Source: a virus
Taxonomy: Duplodnaviria > Caudoviricetes
Length of the DNA: 33,381 bases
Reading direction: 5' to 3' (one strand)
Virus record (IMG/VR): IMGVR_UViG_3300009703_000064
Coordinates: 1 to 33,381 of that record
Part shown: positions 8,556 to 15,172 of the stretch, piece after piece
How positions within the stretch are numbered: position 1 is the first letter of the stretch
Layout: each line of letters begins with the position of its first letter
The notes under the pieces: model-generated
Told to the model about the DNA's origin: nothing
Seen by the model: only the letters and a program-made list of their open reading frames with translations
The model's database searches: none
Translations under genes and position numbers: made by a program

Positions 8556-9476
8556 CTATCTATTGTAGAAAACGAACTTATGGTCATTCATTTCTCCGAA
8601 ATTTTCTTTACAATTTAATTCTAAATAAAAGAAATTAGTATTTATTTTAGCTTGATAAAATTTTTCGTAAAAAGAATCAGAAGAAGAAACTGCGTCTACT
8701 TTTAATTCAGCTAGAGCTTCAGAATTAGAGTCATAGAACTTTAAGGAGTTGATTATTACATCTCCTTTTTCGCAGGTGGAATTTATTTCTCCAGCTTGTT
8801 TTTCGGTTATACTTTTTTCATAGCCGATAACTGCTCTTAGGCATAGCTTATTGTTAACATTTCTTTCTGCATATATTCCTAAGTTCTCTCTAGATAAAAC
8901 TTTTTTACCCGTATCAGTTAAGAAATATCCATAATAAGTTCTTATCTCTTCTCCAGCCTTAATATCTTTTTTAGCGTAAAAAACAAAAGAGTCGGTTGTC
9001 GTATACCACTCTGCGTTAGGAGTCGGTGAGCTATTGTATACACATGCGTTACCAAGCGGTATAACTGAGTGCTTGTAGTTAGAGTTTTCTGACCCCCAGT
9101 CGAAAAGATACTCTTCAACGTTTCTTAGTCCCAAAGCTTTAGAAAAGCTGTCTACATTTTTAAAATGAGCACCAAAGATTTCATTAGAAGATAAAAAGTT
9201 AACGTATTCGGAGCCCTCTTTATGGAATGTGATGTTTATAAAAGGAACCTCTTCAAGAATATCACCCATTCTGATATCCTCTTTCGCGAACACTCCTCTT
9301 TCATTAGGGGAGCTTTGGATAAATTTGACCTCAACTTTTCCGCAGTTGTAGAATCTGGGGGATATAGGAGCTCTAGTAGATTGACTAGAAGGATCGTCTT
9401 CTAAAACGTAAGTATTTAGCTGAGAGCTAGTCTCTGATTTGCTTACCGCCTCTAAGATTTCTTGCTTTTGACTCAT
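8556..9476 (-). CDS. SET-domain protein (lysine methyltransferase fold) with C-terminal extension
   Basis: RGVFAKEDIRMGDILEE, YNSSPTPNAEW (variant of NHS) and AKKDIKAGEEIRTYYG. Likely start is ATG 9476. Confidence 0.8.
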   Translation of the reverse strand: MSQKQEILEAVSKSETSSQLNTYVLEDDPSSQSTRAPISPRFYNCGKVEVKFIQSSPNERGVFAKEDIRMGDILEEVPFINITFHKEGSEYVNFLSSNEIFGAHFKNVDSFSKALGLRNVEEYLFDWGSENSNYKHSVIPLGNACVYNSSPTPNAEWYTTTDSFVFYAKKDIKAGEEIRTYYGYFLTDTGKKVLSRENLGIYAERNVNNKLCLRAVIGYEKSITEKQAGEINSTCEKGDVIINSLKFYDSNSEALAELKVDAVSSSDSFYEKFYQAKINTNFFYLELNCKENFGEMNDHKFVFYNR

Positions 9477-9765
9477 AATCTTTTTTAACTGGGTCTTGAC
9501 CTCCAGACTTGTCCGCTCGTTTTTGTGACATTTCTTTAGACTTATCCCACAAGTCTCCAATGGTCATTTTTTTATTGTCGGTAGAGTCTGAAAAAGCTCT
9601 TTCTGAAAAAGGATCAACCTGAGTGTCAATTGAAGCGTGAGGTATAGTCCAGATTCTTTCCCATTTTAAATTATTTTCATCAAAATATACGTGCTCTTCT
9701 TTTGCTTTTTGAAGAACTTCCTTGACCTCTCCGGTTTCAGGGTTTTCGTATAAGTATATTGGCAT
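9427..9765 (-). CDS. FmdB-family-like small protein lacking the Zn-ribbon cysteines
   Basis: N-terminus MPIYLYENPETGEVKEVLQ matches the MPIYEYxCxxCG pattern but with no Cys. Confidence 0.55.
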   Translation of the reverse strand: MPIYLYENPETGEVKEVLQKAKEEHVYFDENNLKWERIWTIPHASIDTQVDPFSERAFSDSTDNKKMTIGDLWDKSKEMSQKRADKSGGQDPVKKDYESKARNLRGGKQIRD

Positions 9766-10866
9766 TTAAATATCCGATATGTTTGAGATTATGGAGTCTA
9801 AAGTTTTAGCTGGAGTAAACTCTTCTTTTAATTTTAGCCCTTCTTCGTTAACTGGGCTAGTTTTATATCTCTCTATAGCTTTTTCACACCCATCAATGAA
9901 TGCATCTTCATCGAAGTCAAAAATCTGACCTTGATTGTAATCAGAATCCTTCTTAAAAAATACATTATCATAAACATCTATTTTTTTATCTGGAGAAACT
10001 AAAACTGAGTTCTGCTCGTTTGCCCAAGATTTGTATCCATGAGCATCCATAATGACAGAGTGCTTACCTATAGCGACCGATTGAAACTCCGGTAGTCCCC
10101 AGCCTTCTCCGCCAGACATCCCAATAATTATGTGACCACCGTTTAAGAACTCATTATATGTAGCGTTCTTGGTCATTGATGGGAAAAAATTAATATTAAT
10201 ATATGTTTTATTTTCTAAAATTCTAGCCACAACACCATTGTTGTCTTCCGGAGAAAGGAATCCATTGTAAATGGAGCAGTGCAAAAAATATCTTTTGTCT
10301 CCACCAAACCTCTTAGCCCAAGCTCGAATTATTTTTTCGTGTCGTTTTCTTTTTTCGACCTTTCCACAAACGGTAAAAACAATTCTATCATCTTCATAAA
10401 AGTCTTTGCCGTTCGGGAGCTTTTCCATTCTTTTGAAGTTGTCAGAATCAAAGGGAAGAGGGATATACTTACTCTCTATTCCATTTTTTCTAAAAGCTTC
10501 TATTGCGAACTTTGAAGTAAAAGCCAAATTATTATTTTTAGCTATATTTAATTCAGTATCAGTAGGAGAATCTAGTTCGTAAAAAGAAAGAAGCAGTTGT
10601 CTTTCGCTCATTGAGGAAAGAGAGTCTTTGAGATGCCAGAGCTTAAACGTGGGATTCGCTCTGCTATGCTTTCTTTCTGAAGAGTCATAGTTCCTTTTTA
10701 TCCAATCAAAAAAACCTTCGTCGTCTTCTTGAGAGGAAAGATCAACTCCGCTGCCTATAGGGAAAATAGGAAAATCCAGTTTTCTTCTATAAGCCTCTCT
10801 CAGCAAGCAAGTAGAAACTTGACCGAAAGAAACGGAGTTAATTGGAACGTTAAACGCTAAGTCCAT
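9766..10866 (-). CDS. Glycosyltransferase, GT-B fold, GT4-like
   Basis: VCGKVEKRKRHEKII and EGWGLPEFQSVAIGK (variant of EGFGLPxxEAxAxG). Confidence 0.8.
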   Translation of the reverse strand: MDLAFNVPINSVSFGQVSTCLLREAYRRKLDFPIFPIGSGVDLSSQEDDEGFFDWIKRNYDSSERKHSRANPTFKLWHLKDSLSSMSERQLLLSFYELDSPTDTELNIAKNNNLAFTSKFAIEAFRKNGIESKYIPLPFDSDNFKRMEKLPNGKDFYEDDRIVFTVCGKVEKRKRHEKIIRAWAKRFGGDKRYFLHCSIYNGFLSPEDNNGVVARILENKTYININFFPSMTKNATYNEFLNGGHIIIGMSGGEGWGLPEFQSVAIGKHSVIMDAHGYKSWANEQNSVLVSPDKKIDVYDNVFFKKDSDYNQGQIFDFDEDAFIDGCEKAIERYKTSPVNEEGLKLKEEFTPAKTLDSIISNISDI

Positions 10867-11162
10867 TAAAGAGTTTCGTCGCCAAATGGATCATTGCTTT
10901 GACTCTGGCTCTTTTGCTGACCGCCACCATTAGAGTCCTTGCTCTTCGGACGATCAATGTAGACTCTCAGTGCTGGATGCTTGTCTTCAGTTTTAAAAAC
11001 ATTTTCCTCGACGTAAACATTATTTATTCCAGCAGCAGCCAACTTCTTAACATCGATTGTTCCGGTGTAGTAAGTTCTCTCTTTGCCATCTCTGGATGTA
11101 AATGTCTTGGACCAAAGAGCCCCAAGCTCTCTTTCTTTTCTGTCAGTTTTCTGATCGCTCAT
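10866..11162 (-). CDS. DUF736-like small protein (possible nucleic-acid-binding protein) with acidic C-terminal tail
   Basis: ELGALWSKT...YYTGTID...KHPALRVY, followed by a G/Q/S linker and DPFGDETL. Confidence 0.55.
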   Translation of the reverse strand: MSDQKTDRKERELGALWSKTFTSRDGKERTYYTGTIDVKKLAAAGINNVYVEENVFKTEDKHPALRVYIDRPKSKDSNGGGQQKSQSQSNDPFGDETL

Positions 11163-11170
11163 AGAGGTGA

Positions 11171-11199
11171 AGAATAATGGACGGAAAAAATTATTGCAA
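11171..11199 (-). promoter_or_regulatory. sigma70-like promoter
   Basis: TTGCAA(11199-11194)-N17-TATTCT(11176-11171)-N8-ATG(11162). Confidence 0.6.
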
Positions 11200-11862
11200 G
11201 TTTATTTTAATACCTTTTGAGCGTATGTCTCTTTTTAAGCAAATAAGGAAATCTGAAACGTGGTAAGATATTGCTTTTTCTATTTCAGCCTCGCTGCTCT
11301 TGTAAACGTGCTCCCAATCAATGATATAATCATACGCTTTTAGAAGCTTGGGATTATTTCTTTCCTCTTCCTCGTTAGCTGGCGGGTCATCAACGACAGA
11401 ACATCCGTCAAGCGAGAATTTGTGCTTTTGGACATAAACAAGAAAACCTTCAAGCTCTTTCTTAATAAAATGAACCTCATCTAGAGGATAATCTGCATAT
11501 CTAACGTCGGTAATACATATATTAGAATTAAGATCACCCTCAGATTTAATTTTATGATATAATTTATTTATAAAATATCTTCCATCCGTAGATTCCCTTT
11601 TTTCCTTTGCGTAAGAAACCAAATAGTCCCTTATTTGACCTTTTTCTGACCTAGAACAATTGGTTGGATCGACTCCAAATTTATCTAGACACTCCTCTTT
11701 GACTTCTTCCTTAAGAATATCGGCAAATGAGTATCTTTTGATCTGAATCTGCCTCTCTAGACACTTGAAAAAAGTATCCTTTCCCGCTCCAGCCACCCCA
11801 GCAATACCAAGCACTAAAGGCTTAATCTTTGACCTGTCTACAAAATTATTAGTGTTAAGCAT
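11191..11862 (-). CDS. Deoxynucleoside monophosphate kinase (T4 gp1/T5 dnk-like)
   Basis: P-loop GIAGVAGAGKDT, SFADILKE and ITDVRY..E. Start moved to ATG 11862, which follows a promoter. Confidence 0.8.
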   Translation of the reverse strand: MLNTNNFVDRSKIKPLVLGIAGVAGAGKDTFFKCLERQIQIKRYSFADILKEEVKEECLDKFGVDPTNCSRSEKGQIRDYLVSYAKEKRESTDGRYFINKLYHKIKSEGDLNSNICITDVRYADYPLDEVHFIKKELEGFLVYVQKHKFSLDGCSVVDDPPANEEEERNNPKLLKAYDYIIDWEHVYKSSEAEIEKAISYHVSDFLICLKRDIRSKGIKINLQ

Positions 11863-11869
11863 CGATTTC

Positions 11870-11898
11870 ACAATATGATAAATAATATTAAATATCAA
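11870..11898 (-). promoter_or_regulatory. sigma70-like promoter
   Basis: TTGATA(11898-11893)-N17-TATTGT(11875-11870)-N7-ATG(11862). Confidence 0.55.
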
Positions 11899-11922
11899 AT
11901 GAAAAACAATATATCCCAAACT

Positions 11923-11993
11923 CTCACCCCTTAAAGTTAATTACGTTCAAAATTTAATTTACTTAAATTTTTTAAAGTTACGTAGAGTGTGAG
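11923..11993. repeat. Long imperfect inverted repeat (hairpin B)
   Basis: CTCAC/GTGAG, TACGT/ACGTA and AAAATTTAA/TTAAATTTT are nested around a 5-nt loop. Confidence 0.65.
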
Positions 11994-12017
11994 CTTTTTT
12001 TAAGAAATATATAAAGA

Positions 12018-12081
12018 CACTCCCCCCATTTAATCCTAAAGATTAATTAAATAATCTTAAAGGACTTTTAGGGGGGAAGTG
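12018..12081. repeat. Long imperfect inverted repeat with C6/G6 clamp (hairpin A); terminator or origin element
   Basis: CACT-CCCCCC...TCCT-AAAGATTA-attaaa-TAATCTT-AAAGGA...GGGGGG-AAGTG, with T-rich sequence following on both strands. Confidence 0.75.
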
Positions 12082-12097
12082 GAATGTTCGCTTTTTT

Positions 12098-12415
12098 TGA
12101 AGCCCTCTATTGTTTTTACTGGTGGGGAACCCAGTTAGACATACCATCGAAAATCGAAATTACTTACCTAATAAGGTCAAGAAATGGTGCTCAAAACTTG
12201 TTACAGTAATTCTCCCTAGCTTGTAGCTACACGCCGGGTAGTGCATCAGTTTTAACTGATCATTTTTTTGATAAAGTCGTATGAAACTTCAGGAGATTTT
12301 TCCCCTTGGATGTGGTACTACTCCAATACCTGACAGTTCAAACGAACCTCGTTATTGTCTCACCTTGGGGCATCTTTAACTGCTGTCAACTCAGTAGATG
12401 AGGGCGTTCAGCCTT
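12098..12415 (-). ncRNA. Candidate large structured non-coding RNA (~320 nt), family not recognised
   Basis: No ORF; about 42% GC by hand count, higher than the AT-rich spacers; 5' and 3' ends pair (UGAAcGCCCUC 12410-12400 with GAGGGCUUCA 12107-12098); about 10 internal helices; upstream promoter and downstream hairpin. Confidence 0.65.
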
Positions 12416-12421
12416 GAGCGG

Positions 12422-12450
12422 AAAATATGCAAAGGAAAACGATTAGTCAA
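12422..12450 (-). promoter_or_regulatory. sigma70-like promoter for the candidate ncRNA
   Basis: TTGACT(12450-12445)-N17-TATTTT(12427-12422); predicted start at about 12415, with no ATG following. Confidence 0.5.
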
Positions 12451-12865
12451 CAGAATTATTTTCTTGGCTTTTATCCTGAACAATTGAATTGCAAATAAAT
12501 ACCATATTAGCCAAGTCTTTATCAGAAATACTTGACGCGTCACAAATATCCTCTTTGTTTTCTAGAACCTCACAAAAAGAGTTTATAATGGCCTCTACGC
12601 CTAGTGCTGTTGTAGGGCTGACCTCAACATCTTGAGTGTAAGCCTGAAAGGGTTTTTTAAGAATCCAGTACTCCTTATCGTGATAATCAATTTTAGAAAT
12701 TATATTTTTTTCAGATAAATCTTGAAGTCCAAACATCACGACTGCCCTGTCTTCATCTTCGTTTTCTGAAAGCGGGACAATTTTCTTAAAATCTCTTTCT
12801 AATAAAAATGTATCATTAGAAGAAAACCATTTAAAAAGAATATTTGTTGACTCTAATCCGTTCAT
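12443..12865 (-). CDS. Hypothetical acidic protein (140 aa)
   Basis: ORF with likely ATG at 12865; the TTG start given in the track is the -35 box. Confidence 0.75.
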   Translation of the reverse strand: MNGLESTNILFKWFSSNDTFLLERDFKKIVPLSENEDEDRAVVMFGLQDLSEKNIISKIDYHDKEYWILKKPFQAYTQDVEVSPTTALGVEAIINSFCEVLENKEDICDASSISDKDLANMVFICNSIVQDKSQENNSVD

Positions 12866-12872
12866 CTTCTTG

Positions 12873-12901
12873 ACTATGCGTCTTGTAGGGCATTTTGTCA
12901 A
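12873..12901 (-). promoter_or_regulatory. sigma70-like promoter (leftward member of a divergent pair)
   Basis: TTGACA(12901-12896)-N17-CATAGT(12878-12873)-N7-ATG(12865). Confidence 0.6.
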
Positions 12902-12908
12902 AAATAAC

Positions 12909-12937
12909 TTGACTATATATTTTTTAATAAATATTAT
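12909..12937 (+). promoter_or_regulatory. sigma70-like promoter (rightward member of a divergent pair)
   Basis: TTGACT(12909-12914)-N17-TATTAT(12932-12937)-N8-ATG(12946). Confidence 0.65.
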
Positions 12938-12945
12938 CGGTTCGT

Positions 12946-13224
12946 ATGAATGAGACTTTTGAACTAGAAGAAAAGCCGACTAAAGTTAATGTATCTTTTA
13001 ATTTTGAAAAGCCCAAAAGAAGGGTTGGCCGACCAAACAAGCAAATCTCTTGGCCTGAAGGAAGCTTCACTTTCGAAGATATAGTAAAGAGCAACGAGGG
13101 AATATCTCAGTCGTCGCTTAGGAATAATATAATCTCAAATTTAAAAAACGGTAAATTAGTAAAAGCTGACAAACTTAAGAGTAAATTTGGAAGACCAAAA
13201 GATGTCTACAGGTGCGCTCAATGA
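12946..13224 (+). CDS. Small basic winged-helix DNA-binding protein
   Basis: FTFEDIV...ISQSSLRNNI..NLKNGKLVK...GRPKDVY fits a wHTH with a GRP wing; an extra RRVGRP AT-hook-like motif is present. Confidence 0.6.
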   Translation: MNETFELEEKPTKVNVSFNFEKPKRRVGRPNKQISWPEGSFTFEDIVKSNEGISQSSLRNNIISNLKNGKLVKADKLKSKFGRPKDVYRCAQ

Positions 13225-13622
13225 GAATTGATTGGGAGAGATACGCTCTAAGTTTAGCGAAAGTAGCAGCCCTCAGAAGCGAAGACCCTTTTGTTAAGGT
13301 TGGAGCATGTGTTTTAAGGCATGATAATTCTGTAGCCTCGTTAGGTTACAACGGAGCACCTCCAAAAGTAAACATAGACTGGTCTGACAGAGATGAAAGA
13401 AGGAGGCGAGTTATACATGCAGAAGCAAACGCTTTGAGGTACGTTAAGCCTCAAGAATGTAGGCTGCTAGCCTGTACGCTTCTGCCATGTAACGATTGCC
13501 TAAAATTGATAAGCTCTTACGGAATAAAAGAAGTTGCGTACATTGAAGAGTACGACAAAGATTGTAGCTCTCTTACTTTAGCTTCAGAGTTTGGAATAAA
13601 TTTAAAAAAGATAAATGTTTGA
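13221..13622 (+). CDS. dCMP deaminase (Zn-dependent cytidine/deoxycytidylate deaminase family)
   Basis: RSEDP..KVGAC, GYNGAP, HAEANAL and PCNDC; ATGA overlap with the upstream gene. Confidence 0.92.
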   Translation: MRIDWERYALSLAKVAALRSEDPFVKVGACVLRHDNSVASLGYNGAPPKVNIDWSDRDERRRRVIHAEANALRYVKPQECRLLACTLLPCNDCLKLISSYGIKEVAYIEEYDKDCSSLTLASEFGINLKKINV

Positions 13623-13956
13623 AATAGTATTAATATCTTGTTCGGTATTCTTGATCTTAGTTATTTGGTTTAAGAGTGACGCCTTCATTGAGTATTCAGG
13701 TATAATTGGAGCATCAAAATTTTTCTTAATTGATGACTTTAAAGAGAAGCAGAAAAACGATTTAACTTTAGACTACTTGGGATACTTGGCTACTTATCAT
13801 TCTAGCTTTTTTATAAAACTTATAACTTGCCCGATCTGCTTGTCTGTATGGGTAACACTCGCGCTCTGCTTAACAATAGACAACCTGATCATCCATCCAG
13901 TATGTAATTCTTTTGCCTTAATTACTTTCTACCTATTCTCAAAAATCTCAGAATAA
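13615..13956 (+). CDS. Small membrane protein, DUF1360-like
   Basis: Several hydrophobic segments and the LITCPICLSVWV motif. Confidence 0.55.
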   Translation: MFEIVLISCSVFLILVIWFKSDAFIEYSGIIGASKFFLIDDFKEKQKNDLTLDYLGYLATYHSSFFIKLITCPICLSVWVTLALCLTIDNLIIHPVCNSFALITFYLFSKISE

Positions 13957-15141
13957 ATGCACTTATTAGAAACATTTGCGCTTTCAACTGGTACAAAAAT
14001 TGATAAGCCTTACATCCTAGAAAAGTTTTTTCCCTTGGGGTTAAAAGGGGACTACATAACCTTTCAGCCATTTGGAAAAATGGAAAGCAGGAAGTACGAG
14101 TATTGGAATGAAGTTACCAATATTTTATACCCAATTTTAAACGCTAATAATATTAACATCGTCCAGCTTGGAGGACCAGAAGAGCAAAATTTAGACAAGT
14201 GTGTTCCGATGAATGGCCAAACGACCTTCAATCAAATGGCCTACATAATTAACAGGGGAGCACTTCATCTTGGAGTCGACAGTCTTGGAGTTCACGTAGC
14301 TTCCGGTTTCGGTAAAAAGATAGTGGGGCTTTACTGCAATATGTACACTCAAAACTCCAGACCTTATTGGAGCGACGATGAAGATGTAATTTTGCTAGAG
14401 GCTGATAGAAAAGGGAACAAGCCCACGTTCTCAGGTCAAGAAAGCCCAAAAACTATTAATACAATTTACCCAGAAACAATAGCAGAATCAGTTTGCAAAT
14501 TACTGGGAATAGAATTCAGCTATCCTTATAAAACTTTATATATAGGAGAAAACTTCTCCCAAAAAACTTTTGAGCTTATACCTAATTATCCAGTTGATCC
14601 AAGTAGCTACGGCTTCTCAAGCGTTATCGTTCGAATGGATTTAGAGTTTAATGAGCAAATGCTTTGGCAACAGTTAATGATTTCGCCATGCTCAATTATG
14701 ACTAACAAGCCAATTGACGTACAAAAACTTTTGCATTTTAAAAAGAATATTAAGGAGTTTGTTTACCTGATAGATAAAAATAGCAATCCAGACTACGTTA
14801 AAGCACTAGGCTCGGCTGGAATAAAACCTTTGTTAATGAGCTTCCTTGATGAAGATGATTTAAATAAATACAAGTTAGATTACATTGACCACGGAAGAAT
14901 ACTTCAAAGGTCAAACTCTAGCAGAGAAGATATAAAAGAAATAAAAAATAAAAAAGACGATAAACTTTTTTATAAAAGTTCTAGGCATTATATTTTAGGC
15001 CAACAGCTTTTTTGGACTAAATCACCTAACTTTGACAGCAAGCCAATAAAAGATGAAAACAGATACATTCCTCAACCATTAAAGGCTGGAGAAAATTTTT
15101 GGAATGATAATTCTGTTTATCATATTTTAGAAAAAGCTTGA
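13957..15141 (+). CDS. Glycosyltransferase, GT9 (heptosyltransferase)-like N-terminal half with C-terminal extension
   Basis: IVQLGGPEE, GQTTFNQMAYII and LHLGVDSLGVHVASGFGKKIVGLY (DSGxxHxAxA-type motif). Confidence 0.75.
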   Translation: MHLLETFALSTGTKIDKPYILEKFFPLGLKGDYITFQPFGKMESRKYEYWNEVTNILYPILNANNINIVQLGGPEEQNLDKCVPMNGQTTFNQMAYIINRGALHLGVDSLGVHVASGFGKKIVGLYCNMYTQNSRPYWSDDEDVILLEADRKGNKPTFSGQESPKTINTIYPETIAESVCKLLGIEFSYPYKTLYIGENFSQKTFELIPNYPVDPSSYGFSSVIVRMDLEFNEQMLWQQLMISPCSIMTNKPIDVQKLLHFKKNIKEFVYLIDKNSNPDYVKALGSAGIKPLLMSFLDEDDLNKYKLDYIDHGRILQRSNSSREDIKEIKNKKDDKLFYKSSRHYILGQQLFWTKSPNFDSKPIKDENRYIPQPLKAGENFWNDNSVYHILEKA

Positions 15142-15166
15142 GCGGTTTTTTTACTTATAGTATAAA
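15138..15166 (+). promoter_or_regulatory. sigma70-like promoter
   Basis: TTGAGC(15138-15143)-N17-TATAAA(15161-15166)-N6-ATG(15173). Confidence 0.55.
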
Positions 15167-15172
15167 ATTTTT

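Noticed and set aside
8501-12260. ATCAGTT...AACTGAT arms occur both upstream of nrdA (8501-8531) and inside the candidate RNA (12245-12260), suggesting antisense targeting
   Set aside because: The match is only 7-9 nt of AT-rich sequence and both copies are expected to be sequestered in their own stems, so it cannot be distinguished from chance.
12098-12420. tRNA, tmRNA or RNase P identity for the intergenic RNA (it contains CCCCACCA)
   Set aside because: There is no T-loop GTTCRA arm before the CCA, no matching acceptor stem, and no GAGGAAAGUCC RNase P motif on either strand.
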